From Dicyema japonicum (Eukaryota > Animalia > Dicyemida): DNA of 64,000 nucleotides. The notes below the pieces were generated by a model. That model was not told the origin of the DNA, did not search any database, and saw only the letters and a program-made list of their open reading frames with translations. The position numbers and the translations under genes are program-made. Below are positions 50,755 to 63,364 of the stretch, piece after piece; positions within the stretch are counted from its first letter, which is position 1, and each line of letters starts with the position of its first letter. The stretch is from NCBI GenBank assembly GCA_011109175.1, contig RDEW01000008.1, positions 129,228-193,227 of the forward strand, read 5' to 3'.

Positions 50755-51745
50755 TACCTCCATATAATAATAATAACACCAGAGACCACGGTTACACAAA
50801 CTAACTAATCACTTGATCCCAGCACGTTCTAGCAGAGACCTCGTCTTAGCCCGATGCTCCTCCCTCGTCCCTACACAAGCACGTATTGGTCGAGTGACTG
50901 GAACTTCGCAGTCACGACGGCGTGTTCCGTGGTTCATTCTTATCAAGGCTTCAAAAGGCATTAGTGGTTGGAGTTCTACAGGAATCCAGCGTACCGTGAA
51001 TTTGGAGGCTCTTCTCTGGCTAGCCTCGATCTTCAAGACATTCGTCCAAGAGATCAGTGGACCCCATATACCACATGCATAAGAGATGCATGGTTCTATG
51101 AATTGTTTATATATATTGCTCAAAACAGAATGCTTTCCGATCTTCCATAAGCATGTGAGACATTTCAGAACATTAGTTTTCTTTCGCATTTCGTAATTAC
51201 GTTTTCAACATGGGGAGCGAATGACATATGTATGTCAAAAGTCACCCCAAGAATCCTTTGGGATTTTCTGAAAGGAATAGCTTCCTTGATTGTTTTCCTT
51301 CAGTTCGACCGTCCGTCTTCCCAGTCTCTTGTCTGAAGTAAATAGGGTTGTGACGGACTTTTCGCTGCTAGTAGTTAGGCGATTCTTCGATAGCCATTTG
51401 TCAAGACGGTACATATTTTCTTGCAATTTCGAGATGGCAATTTGGATGTCCTGATCGCGTGACGCAATGACGATGTCGTCGGCATAAGTTAGAATAACAT
51501 CATTTTTGGAGTCTGGAGTAGGGAGGTTGAATAAAACTGGAGACAAAAAGGATCCTTGGGGAACCCCATTAGGGAGAAGCCGTGAAATAGATTTTGACTG
51601 TCAAATGCAGACGCGTCCGCTCCGACCACTAAGGAAGTTAGCTAGCCAGAGTTTGAGCTTTCCAGGGATCTTTGTTGGTAAATTTTCCAAGTAAGAATTC
51701 TCCTTGACACAGAGTAGAAAGCCTTGTGGACGTCTATAAATTGGC
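50755..51745 (-). mobile_element. 5'-truncated LINE (Ingi-related RT and C-terminus)
   Basis: Motifs IDVHKAF, LWLANFLSGRSGRV, GVPQGSFLSPVLFN, TYADD, IEPCISYACGIWG; ends AGIK*. The tail appears as (TAA)n on the plus strand at about 50755-50775. Confidence 0.88.
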
Positions 51746-52577
51746 TTTAAACTGATTATTTTGATAAAAAATAATATTTTACTTTAGTGGTTTTATAAAT
51801 AAATTTTTTTTAATTTCCCAAATTGGCCGAATATAGTTCAGGAACAATTTTGGGCCAATTTAAGGGACTTGACTGTATTTATATTTTTTAAAATCCAGGT
51901 AGCGGATTTATATTTTTTTAAAATGATTTTTTAAATTGATTAGTGGCGTTTTACGTATTTGTCATTTTAATTTTAGTAATATTGATTAGTGTAATTGAAT
52001 TGTGAATTCTTTTAATTAATAATAGATTGGAAAATGTATCTTTCGAACAATTCAGTTGATCAATTTTTGACAGGTAACATAGATACGTAACAATAATGTA
52101 AGAAACTTTCATTAAGGGTGAAGCAAGAATGCTCATGATTTAAATGCCTATCCAGAGTTTTTTGAACAATGCACAGTGATTAGCCCTGAGCTACGCACAG
52201 CTCGCATTTGTAAATGTGGAGGATAGGCATGCATAACGAAGATGATCTAATTTTTTTGATCGCCTCAACGCCTCTCGTGATCTCACTCCATGTTTTTGGG
52301 GTTTCTAAGGAAAAGACATGTCCAACTTTTCTCCAGAAAACACCGCTAAAGGCTGCGATTGTGATCCATGCAGGTAGTAGGAGCTGACTAGTGGGGCGAG
52401 CTAATATTGATTTCTCCATAATAATGAAATGGTAATTTTGTCAAAAAAATTTCAATAATTTCCTAATAGATGAACTCAATATCGTATTAATTGTCTTCAA
52501 GAGGTACGTCCGTAGAGAGAATTTGTAAGACACGAAACAGTCCATAAAGAAAAAAGGAATGAAGCGTTAGATGGAAG

Positions 52578-52874
52578 GGTACTTTTGCGATGCATGCTTC
52601 ACGAAATAAGGCTCTAAATGAATTAATGAAATTTTTTGAAATATGTCATTGTTTCTATGCAGCGTGATGTTCGGTGGACAATATCTAACGATCGCATTTA
52701 TTAATTCATCAAAGTAGTTGTCCAAATGGCTCACTTGCCTTGTCCACAAATTCTACAAAATAAGTCGGAGTATTTAAACCATAAAATTGTTTCTCTGTCG
52801 AAGCTCCACATGTATATGACAAGAATACATTCATTTAGAGCCTTCTTTCGTGAAGCATGTATTGCAAAAGTACC
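52578..52874 (-). mobile_element. Merlin-like internally deleted DNA transposon (297 bp)
   Basis: 46-bp TIRs (52578-52623 and 52829-52874, 3 mismatches) start GGTAC. The 8-bp flanks GATGGAAG/AATGGAAG have 1 mismatch. Internal SHLDNYFDE..NDIFQKI resembles an IS1595/Merlin transposase C-terminus. Confidence 0.7.
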
Positions 52875-54149
52875 AATGGAAGTTCAGTAGGAAAAAAAGT
52901 GGAGTGTGCGTATCAAAAAGGGTTTTTTTGGTTTGTTTCTTAATAAACTGACTTATTTTTTATATTGCAATATAAAATTAAAAAAGAATCTATAATGAGT
53001 CAAATAAAATATAATTTATTTAATTATATTAATCAAAATTTATATTTTTAAATAGTTAATAAAATACATTTTACACGTTGTAGTCACTTCCTGTGGTGGT
53101 ATTTTTTATATTTGTCTATATCATTATTTCTTCACTATTGAAAATGCAGGATATATCAAAATTTTATTAATAATACTTTGATTCATCAATACATTATGTT
53201 TTTTTTCAATTATGAAGAAATTTTGTTAATGACAACTTATTGCAGTAATTTCATTATGCCCTTTTATTAATTCCTTCATTATCAATGTATTCATATTCAA
53301 AAAATCCTCAAATTTTAAAATATCGAAGATCCATCAGTCACTTATCCTTTCCTCGGTTACACATGCCAATCTAATGTCCGCTCTCTTTGTTTCTTCGTAG
53401 AACTATTATTCTCAATCTTCAATAACCATTATGCCATGCTTCCACAACCTATTTTTAACATCTTTTACTGGAAAAGATTGGAAAACTGGACAACCTTAGT
53501 CCTTGTAAATCTATTAGCTCTCCAAAATCAAGCCATGAACTCACTTGCGTCATTTTGTTTTTTCACATCACATGAATCCAATTGCCTGAATAATTCGTCT
53601 ATTTCAATCTCGGTCTCATTTCATCATCTAATATTGTAATCATTTAAAATTCAAATTTAGAGAAAAACATGAAGATATCAAATATTTTAAGATTTCAGTA
53701 AATCTTTCTACTTTTCCTTGTACCCAGGACATCGTTTGTCCGAAATTTTGTTTATAGAAATTTTGTTATTTACAAATTCTGAATAAATGCCCTAAATTAA
53801 CATCATATTGTGCACATGTATGAACATTTGAATAATAATCAACAAGATTTCATTACAGCACGTTGTTGTCGAGACGAGTGAAGTCTCCTGGCCCAAGACG
53901 GACTCTTCTAAGATCACTTGGGTCAGTGATTTCGAAAGTTAGCAATGAGCGTCGAGAAAATGTATGGTTGTTCCAAGGGATTTCTCTGACATTCTTCAGG
54001 GGTAACAGCCATTTTTTCCTATCAGCTGGATTATTTTGATTTTCTTTTTCGCAAAAATTGTTTTCCATTAAAAGATAACAAAAAGTAAACAATTTGTGTA
54101 AATATTGAATTTCAATTGGGTTTTATAAAACAACCCTATTTCCCTTAGA

Positions 54150-54430
54150 TCAGGAATTAGTTTAGTTAGTTTAAATCTTCTTAGCGTAGCCTTAAAAGAG
54201 TTTCGCCAACATCCTCGACCACGCCATTTTGTTTCTGGCCCTCATTCGAACATCATCCAGGTCGTCTGCTGTCACAATGTACGACCGATTGTCTCGGAAT
54301 CATCTTTTAAGCAAACTGGAAGTTTATTTCTTGGTCTGTTTCGAAATCCGTGACTTCCGGCGCAGTAGAAGTATTCTTCCATAGTCGGGTCCAATCTGAG
54401 AATATGTCCAAATAGTTGCCATTTCTATAG
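54150..54430 (-). mobile_element. RTE-like LINE 3' fragment
   Basis: WQLFGHILRLDP..RPRNKLPVCLKDD..DDLDDVRMRARNKMAWSRM. Confidence 0.75.
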
Positions 54431-54474
54431 AATAACGTCCATGCTAATTGGTGTAGATTTACATAGAGCATATA

Positions 54475-55988
54475 CATTCCCGTGAAAATGTTACCTACAG
54501 GGTCAATAATTCATAAGATAAGCGAAAATGTTACTTTTTGATAATTTTTATTATTTTAAAAAACAAATATGCTTTTTAAATTTTAGCCAACCTAATTTTA
54601 TCTTTTTATTTCATCCCTTAAAAATGGGATTTTTCAACTTTTTATTTTTAACGAAAACTAACCCGTGCATGTTACCGCCACTTTACTCAAAATTCAAGAT
54701 AAACCGAGATTTTGTTAAAAAATTGTAAAATTAATATTTAGAAGTTCCTCCTTTATTGCAAATAACTTCGTCAATTCGTTTAGGCATGGATTTGTATAAT
54801 AATTGTATATATTCATTGTCCATACTGTTCCAAATATTTTGAGCGGTTATCCACAGTTCTGAAACTTTTTTTGGAATGTTATCCTATATTTTTGATTTTA
54901 GATAACTCCAACAATTTTCAATAATATTCAGGTCTGGAGATTGTAGAGGCCAATTTTCTAAAACTGTGATCTCCTTGTTTTGGAGTTATTCTTTTGTAGA
55001 CTTTGAAGTATGTGAAGGAGCACCATCTTGTTCTAAAAAGTATCATTTTTGATAAATTTCAACAAGTCCTTCAGAAAGAATTCGTTGATATTTAACAGAA
55101 TTAACATTTCCAGTGCATAAAACTAGCACTCGTTTTCCATCATTTCTAATTGCACCCCAAACCATAATAGAGGGTGAATATTTAATTGTCCCAGTTGTAT
55201 ACTTTGTTTCAAATCGAGATCCTGGAGGTCTTCTAACATTCTCTCGATTCGCGAATCAATGAAATCCGACACTCATCGCTGAAAATTACATTTTTCCATT
55301 CGAAGAGTATTTTAGTTTTGCACCACAATTTTCTTTTTTTTGAGGCTCAGTAAGCAACGGTTTTTTGACAGCTGCTCGTCCGAAAAGATTATTTTAACGT
55401 AATATTCTTTTTACAGTATCATTACTGATAAGATGAGAAACATCACAGTCTGTTCGGATCTGATTAGATGTTTTTTGGATTGCACACAGAATTTCGGACA
55501 AAAATTTTGCATTTTTCTGCCCAGATTTAGGTCTATCATTGCAGTCATATCCTTCGATATAGCGCTTATGGATTTCACGAACTGTACTTCTGCCTATTCC
55601 GAGAGTGCTAGCAACTTTAGAAATCGAAGTCCCATTTTCAATAAAAAAAATATGATTTTATAACGATTTTCAACTGAAACACGTGTCATTTAACGTTTTT
55701 TTAATTTTGTTGTTTTAGAGAATTTAAAAATAAAATAATTACTACTTGACTTCAGATATATCTAATTCCTTTAGATGCCGGTAACATTTGCACGGCTTAA
55801 TTATCATTAAAAAATAGTGGAAAAATCCCATTTAAGGGATGAAATAAAAAAAATAAAATATTGATTAGGTTGGCTAAAATTTAAAAAGCATATTTGCTTT
55901 TTAGAGTAATAAAAATTATCAAATGAAAGTAACATTTTTGCTTATCTTATGAATTACTTGACCCTGGCGGTAACATTGCACGGGACTG
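54475..55988 (-). mobile_element. Tc1-family transposon (1.5 kb) with about 205-bp IR/DR-type TIRs and TA TSD
   Basis: TA|CATTCCCGTG...CACGGGACTG|TA. The long inverted repeats each carry an outer and an inner copy of CCGTG(A/C)A(A)ATGTTACC. Confidence 0.93.
54731..55689 (-). pseudogene. Tc1-type (DD34E-like) transposase pseudogene
   Basis: MTRVSVENRY..SKVASTLGIGRSTV..RPKSG..KKPLL..VIFSDE..IMVWGAI..QDGAPSHTS..WP.QSPDLNIIENCW..SMPKRI..KGGTSKY*, with several stops and frameshifts. Confidence 0.92.
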
Positions 55989-55999
55989 TAATTTTTCGT

Positions 56000-58600
56000 T
56001 TGAGATTTTTATCGGCCAGAAGATTCCAGTCAGTATGCGCAGTTGACTTCTGTGGAAAGTTTATAGCCTTTCAAAATTGTTTTTCGAGGTTCCCCATGTT
56101 CTGGAATTGTATATCAGTATTGGCTTGATAAACGTGTCGTATAATCTGACACGTAGTTTCAGTGAAACACGTCTTTTTCTATCCATATGTTGTACATTCT
56201 TTGAAGTATATGGTTATCACCACATTCCTTTGACAAATATCTTCGGGGTCTCCTAGTAGTGAGCCGTGTTTTTTTGTCCAGAGTTCGTCATTTTTTGACT
56301 TGGCTCGTTCGATTAGTGTGTAGTCCATTTTTGTAATATTTATGTGCAGATCCCATTTATTTAAAGAGTTTAGGCTTGGACTAAAACTCAGTCAAGTTGG
56401 CTATTCTGGTCATTACACACAAAGTTTACATTATCCGCGTATAACAATTCAATTGTATCTTCGTATTTAGAACCCATTTCCTTTCTCAGCTCCCTGAGGG
56501 CAGCTTCGAGGTATATGATGAATAAAACTTGGGTTAAGGAATCACCTTGTGGAGTTCCCATGTTGATGCTGAAACTCTTTAAATGGTTAGTTCCTATTTT
56601 CATGGATAGACCAGCTTCAGAAAATAATAGACTTATCAGGCAGTCCTCGTCATGCTGTTCCTGTAAATACCCATGAGTTTTTCTCTGTTGATGCTGTCAA
56701 AAGCCTTCGTTAGATCAATTCTTAGGATATAAATGACTTTCCTGTAGTTGTGACATATTGATGTCAGCCATCGATGACTCCACTCGATATCTTCTAAACC
56801 CACTTTGACTTTGGGAAATGTATTTTTCCACTGGCTCTCGGATACGGTTAACCACTATGATCGATAATGTCTTCCTGATAGTTGAGAGTAGAATAATAGG
56901 CCTTAATCAATCCAGCGATCCCTCTTTTTTCCCAGGTTTGTGTATCGGAATTAAGACTTCATGTCCTAATAAAAGTGAACAGTGAAGTTCCATCGACTCG
57001 TATAACCGGAGCATGTTTTAGTATCTCGCTCTGTGATGCCATCATAGCCAGCTGAACGATTGTCTTTTAGGTGTATGAATGCATTTGTTTTTTCCTTTAT
57101 TGTAATTTTTTGTAAGATGTCTTGGATTTCCAATAAATTTAGGTATATTCACCCCCAACTGAATTAAACTGTACCTCGAAGTGTTTGGCAATATGGTTTG
57201 CTTTATCCTCTGGGTTTTGTAAATAATGACCCGCGTTGTCGCAGATTTTCAGCAGCTTTTTCGCAGTTCCTCGTGTAAGTAATTTAACAGGGAAAACATT
57301 CGTCTTCCATACTGACAGTTTTCAATTTCAGTCGCCTTATCGTCCAAATATTTGTGCCTAATGTCATTCGACCGTTTTTTATCAAATATGATATTTGATT
57401 ACGTTTTTTCTTTAATGCACTTTTATTCGAATTTTAACTTCCCAGTTTTGAACGTATTTCCTTCTGCAGTTCCGACAATTCTCTTATTACGGGGTCATGA
57501 ATAACTATTCCGGTCTTTTTCCTGGTATCCAACAGTCTCTGTCGCCGACAGTGTTAAGATATCCAGTCGAAGGGGTGCTACTGGTTTAAACATCCCGCAA
57601 CCGTTTAGAGACATTTTGTTGGTATCTCTTTTTCCGAGTGTCAAAAGTCAACAATTCCACAGCCATACGTTATTTAGAGTTACTCTTTTTCTTTACTCCT
57701 TCAATTCCGAAGTATCGTTTAGGATTTAATCTGGCCACTGTCAGTTATAGTCCTTCCATAACTCATAGAGTCTGACAACAGTCTCTTTAAAGAGATTGGG
57801 CAGATAATATAATCAATTTGGTTATAAATATACGTGTTATCGCCGTCTTTGGACTTTCTTGTGCCAACCCAGGTGGTTTTGTGCTTTGCAGGGTATTCAA
57901 ACGTGGTTTTGCATAGATACAAATTTGATGAATTACAAAAATCAACGATAGAGTGTCCAGAGAGATTTCGATATCCTCTGCCATGTTTTCCCATTTCTTA
58001 ATCCTTCTCATGTCTGCTTTAGCATTCCAATCACCACAGAAGAACGTTAGTGTAGATTTATGAATTTGCATATGTGTTTTCAACAGGATTTTGTAAAACT
58101 CGTCCAACTCGTCCATATTTCTTGAAACTCTGCCCATGTGCGGAACATATAGTTGATAACAGTCATCATAGTATTGTTCGTGGGCGATAAACGGAATTGC
58201 ATTACTGCCACACGATCATTGGCTCCATACTTTATACACGTAGTTGATTAGGTTCCAGTTGATTGCAGAACCAAAACCGTAGTGACGATTGTCTGATGGG
58301 AGTAAGATATCCTGTAGTTTCTAAATGGTTCTTCGTCTCCAAGAGCATTATTTGTCTCTTGTAAGCAGCTATTTAAATAGTCGCGTGGCGCCATGTGGTG
58401 CTTCGTGGCTAATTGGTTGAAGTTTCAGTTTTGTTTTCTCTGTCCTCCTCTTTCTTCCTATTAGAGTGGCGTCATGTGATCCAACTGTCTAGGTGGCGCC
58501 CACTGCCAGGCCGGTACGAAAAAGGATCATTTGCTCTCCCCCACTCCACTGGAGTGGTTTCCACAACTGCAACTATGGACGTCTTTCACCCTTTGTGTTG
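56000..58600 (-). mobile_element. RTE-like LINE with structured 5' leader, decayed
   Basis: Motifs SCLQET, INYM..AH, CGDWNAK, YNQIDYIICP, IDLTKAFDS, GTPQGDSLT..LFIIYLE, LYADN, LYDTFIKPILIYNS.TWG. Confidence 0.88.
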
Positions 58601-58706
58601 ATTCCGGATGGACTCTTTCTGTAAAAGTGGAAACTGGATACACTTAATTAGTTGTTTACTTTAACTTCTTTCTCGGTGTATCCGGGGTTAATTAATGATA
58701 ATAATG
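58600..58706 (+). mobile_element. LINE 3' terminus fused head-on to the RTE leader (composite copy X)
   Basis: The frame ends ETGYT*. GGATACAC (58636-58643) pairs with GTGTATCC (58676-58683). TTCTTTCTCGGTGTATCCGGGGTTA and a TAATGATAATAAT tail resemble about 13235 and 60500. Confidence 0.75.
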
Positions 58707-58865
58707 TAAGCAGCAGATATTAATTTTGTAACGTGACAGATCTTCAGATAGTTGTTCCCTCTTGCTTAGAGATGAGAGGCCTCGAACTAAGAGTTTGAAT
58801 TTTAGCATGATAAATACATTTTTTCCAAAGAAAAACAGAAGCACGTCACCACTTCAACCAACAAG
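58707..58865 (-). mobile_element. 5' end of a second RTE-like element (APE N-terminus), truncated
   Basis: VRGLSSLSKREQLSEDLSRYKINICCL. It shares the 5' hairpin with 26966-26983. Confidence 0.65.
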
Positions 58866-58994
58866 TTTATTAAAAAAATTTAATAGATCAAGAATTATTG
58901 TTAATTGCGACAAATTAATATTATTATTAAAAAACACTTTCATAATTGCGCCAAAAACTCCATATATTAATAACTCCGGTTAGTGTGGATTTTG

Positions 58995-60540
58995 AATGTT
59001 AGCGTGGTGTCATGTGGCTCACCAGAAACGGTCTCACCCATTCCAAAATGGAACGAAAAGAGCCAACAGCTTCTCCCCACCGTCCGGTGGTCCTCTCATC
59101 TCCTGTGTCTTCGACCCTGTCTGGTGTCCCCATTTATCAAAACTTTTGATTCTTCTATGTGGGGACGTCGAAAACAATCCTGGTCCATGGAGATGTTTTA
59201 CAATTATACAACTGAATACGAATGGGATCAGGAAGAAAATCTTTGAACTCCGGGCACTCCTCCGCGAAAATGAGGCTGACCTCGCTTTAATACAGGAGTC
59301 AAAGCTATCTCCCTCCATACCAACACCCTCTTTTCCCGGATGGTTTCCTCCGCGTAGGTCCACCGCTACATACTTGGCTACCCTATCGCAGTTCATTGCC
59401 GATGGTTTTAACACCCATCCCCCGTTTCACAAACCACAATCTTGGTTTCTATTGACATCAACAAAGCTTTTGACATTGTTTCGAGAAAAATCCTGGTAGG
59501 AAAAATATTTTCTACTAATATTCGTCCGAATGTGAAATTATGGCTTGCCAACTTTTTGTCTGGAAGACGTGGAAGAGTAGTCAGTGGTGATCTCAGATCT
59601 AGATCACGATTACTACCGAACGGGGTACCACAGGGGTCTCCACTTTCACCAATTCTATTCAACTTATTCCTACACGACAAACCTAATGATGGAGACGAAG
59701 ATTCCCTCCTATTTTCCTACGCAGACGATGTAGTCATTGCATTACGGAACCGTTCGACGCAAGTCACATCTTTAAAAACTCAGACAAAATTGAACATTCT
59801 CCACGATTGGATTGTTGGCAATCGACTAACGATTTCTGCAACCAAGTCTATCTGTTCCACATTCATGTCGGACCGTCGTTCAATGATGAACCGAGTCTTT
59901 TCATTGGTCCCACTCGGATTCCAGTGACAAGGTCCCCCACTGTTTTTGGAGTCAAGTACGACAGCCTTCTCAAATTCAACTCCCACGCAACAGACATGAT
60001 CACCAGGGGCCTCCAGAAAGCTAACGTTATACGCGCCCTTGTCCGGAGGACCACGAGGAACATGGACTTTTCCGTTTCTACTCTCTACCAACAAACAATC
60101 GCGCCTGCCATTGAGTATGCCTCCGTTGCATGAAGATTCGGGCTATCGGAGTCTTTGGTCCAAAGAATCAACTCGATATACCGGAAAACAATCAGTATGT
60201 TTTCCCTACGTAATGGATCAACAGTCGACCCACTACTCATGGAAGCTAAGATCCGTAGTCGTGGCTCCGGATTTCTTCGCCTCTGTGAGGAAGATGGAAA
60301 TCCGCTTCGCTTGATCCTTTCCAAGGCAAGAAAAAACCGATTGGATAAAAAATTCCCCTCCCCGATCGGATTCCTCTGCAAGAGCGAGAGAAGGCTCTTC
60401 CGGAAAGTAGTGGGGACGATGGAAGATCACAGACGTCGAATGGCACAAGTGATTGCGAAAACTGGGATCACCTAACTGTATGACGCTTTTGTCTTTCTTT
60501 CTCGGTGTTCCCGGGGTTATTAAAATAAAATAAAAATATA
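58995..60540 (+). mobile_element. Ingi-like LINE copy B: 2A-like peptide, start of APE, about 1.46-kb internal deletion, RT C-half and intact 3' end
   Basis: LLCGDVENNPGP (ends 59187), IIQLNTNG, IDINKAFD, GVPQGSPLSP, YADD, ..KTGIT*. Colinear with 10590-10935 and 12388-13270. Confidence 0.9.
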
Positions 60541-61429
60541 TTAATAACTTTAATAAATTACAAACTATTTACTTATATGTAATGTCAGATATTGAACACG
60601 TTGCTGGTTAATGGTTGTTGTTGATAAGAATCATCTAAATTCATCGAATTATGCGGACTTCTGTGCCGAATTGAGTAAAGAAAACCCCAATCGAACGTCC
60701 GCCGAAAAAAAATCCCACCAGCAAGTGGGATTCTTCACGTCTGACGATCCTTCCTTTGGCATAGGTAGCCAGAGTACCTATGCCACATAGGAGTTTCACT
60801 ACTCCTACCTTCGGCACTTCGAGCCTAACTAGTGTAGTAAGCCGCCCGAATACATGATTGTTGTGTTTTACCTATATTTGAAATTTTCTTATTCATATGA
60901 CATATAATCGATACTGGGCAAGTTCTAAATCATAAGTTGTTCCTCATCGGTAATTGTGACAATAGACATGATCTTTTTTCGTAATTTAGAAAATTCTTTG
61001 TGCGAGAGTCCCTGATTACACATCTCAGAGTTACGTTCAATAATATCGAGGCCGCATCTTTTAGGATTTCATAAGCCACTCAGTTTAACCGCATCGTCCC
61101 ATCATCCAAATATCAATAATTGATAAAAGTGCCATTTACAAGGCCTGCCTCGTCGACTTCTACTAAAAGACCACGGTAAAACCAAACTAATTATCACGTG
61201 ATCTCGACGATGACTTCTCTTCAATTGTTCCAAAATTTTACTCCTAGTTTCCTGGAGGGAGTTCGACCCCTGAAAACGAATTGATATTTTTTAGATCCCC
61301 GATCATCAGGAGTGTGATGAAGCATGTATTCCTTGACAAAAAAACAACTCCTATGCAAATCGCTGAATAGATTACAAATACTTGACTCACAGCACTATTC
61401 CTCATGAATAGAAGTTTTAACATTCAGAG

Positions 61430-62545
61430 AATCGCTTATTTACTCAGGGCAAAACCGTAATATTCCCAACTAGAGCAGTTTGAGCATTTTGATTTGTCTT
61501 TCCTCAGCTCTACGGAGCAAATATTTAATGTCAAATTCGACGATGCTACATGGAAGCAAGCTACACTCTCAGTTAGATTTGGGAACCTTGGAATCCGTCG
61601 TACTTTGGACGTCTCACTTCCTGCACATCTGTCTTCACTCACGGCCTGTAAACCTTTGGTCAGGAGGATTCTACACTCCCTACCCGATTTCTCAATTGAC
61701 CTAGACATAATTTACGCACGGAAAGCCTGGAATGCCACCAACCTCTTCCTACCACTTTTACAAGACTTTCAGCCAAACCTGGACAATTTATTATGTTGGA
61801 CTCTTACTGGAATCAGCCAATCAGCACCGACGCGCTTGTTTGCATTCGAGGAATTCCCCGAGAGAGGTGCCTGCTCAAAGCCATTCCCAATGGAGTTCTG
61901 GGTACCTTCCTGGATGATGGATGCGTCTGTATTGGGATCTCATTGCGACTGTGATTAAAAGTATGTATTCAACATCCGTGCCGATACGGAGACAAGATCG
62001 ACTGTTTTGGCCTACACTCTCTCTCCTGCAGGAAGAGTGCAGGCATATTTCCCAGACACATGGCCATGAATGAACTCGTTAGGCGAGCTTTTGACGCCGC
62101 CGGACATCCCTCCATGCTCGAAACTGTCGGCCTTTGCAGACGGGACGGTAAACCAGATGAGATTAGAATCTTTTCATTTGAAGGCAAGAAACCATTTGTC
62201 TGGGACGTTACCTGTAACGACACAATTGCGTCTTGCAACCTACTCTAGAGTGCCTCTGAAGCCTGTTCTGACACTGAGAAGTCCAAGAAGATGAAACGAG
62301 AATAGTACGCTGTCTTACCCAATTATTTTTTGTTTGTTCCACTCGCCGTTGAGACGTCTGGTTCCCTTGCCCATGGGACGCAGGAATTCTTGAGTCGTCT
62401 AGGAAATCAGATCGTTACACGAAAAAAGAACCTCGTGTTCGCATCTGGCTATTCAAGCGACTCTCGCTCGCTATCCTGAGAGGGAATAGTCACGCAGTCA
62501 GGGCAGCGTCTATATAACCTTTTACTCTGCTTTCTTACTTCAAAT
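61430..62545 (+). mobile_element. Second 5'-truncated CRE-like element
   Basis: WKQATLSVRFGNLGIR, LSCRKSAG..RH..MNELVRRAF, RRDGKPDEI..KPFVWDVTCND. The 3' end CACGCAG.CAGGGCAGC..CTATATAACC is shared with about 28390-28420. Confidence 0.85.
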
Positions 62546-63364
62546 TAGTCCAGTATAATAGTTTTTATAAAAAAAATTAATATTGATTAAATGACAGGTG
62601 ATATGTAACCAACACGGGATGGGTAACCCATGCGGGAACGACATTTATATCCTCCTACCAATGTGGAATCATTCATATTCCAATAAGTAAAGGCTGTTGT
62701 TATTACTTTGTTGAAATCTTGTTAAATAATTACTTTTTCATGCACCGTGAATACACTAAGTAGTGAATTTGACACATTTATTTATCCTATTGAATTTTCC
62801 ATTAATAAATAATTATTCCAAAGACCAAAAGTAAAACCAAACAAATTCCCTGATTTTGACGTATTCCAGAAAAACCTTCACACAAGAACAGTGATCCAGA
62901 AGACGTCCTCCAAAAAGCTGAGATCGATTCAAGAGCTCGTTAGCAGGGAACGAAATTGTCTCCATGTGGGATGAATAGTTTACTTTTTTAAATGCTGACA
63001 GACATTTGCCGTCTCTTGAGTTAGAAGGATTTAATGACGACATTGGATAGAACGAAAATGATAAGTCAAATAACATGTAACACATCAAAGCATTTGCCGC
63101 CTTGACAAGTGATTGGAAAATATTTATGGAGAGAAATTCGTCATGCTGACAATTTTTGACTATAATAAAAGATATTTAATAAAAAATTAATGAGACACAT
63201 CACATCAATATCTACATTGAGCGAACCAATCCACTGTAGTAAGAAAGCGAGATATCTTTTTTAAAAGCCGTAGTGGCACTGGGCGTTTTCTCGATTCATG
63301 TGGATCCTTATTGATGTTTAAGGATTAGAGAAAGCAAAAAAAGGAAAGAATCCTAGTTAATGTA

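Larger units (their letters stand above)
50117..51875 (+). mobile_element. pogo/Tigger-like DNA transposon remnant carrying nested SINE and LINE insertions
   Basis: TIRs TA|CAGTGAATTCCCTCTAATTGGCC and the reverse complement of GGCCAATTTAAGGGACTTGACTG|TA. Internal KFPELDTMILEW (CENP-B HTH-like) and YNMDEIGL (DDE_1-like). Confidence 0.8.

Noticed and set aside
52130-52419. C2H2 zinc-finger gene (YKCELC...HLNHEH)
   Set aside because: There is an in-frame stop with no credible GT-AG intron to remove it, the C-to-H spacing is atypical, and only a single motif is present.
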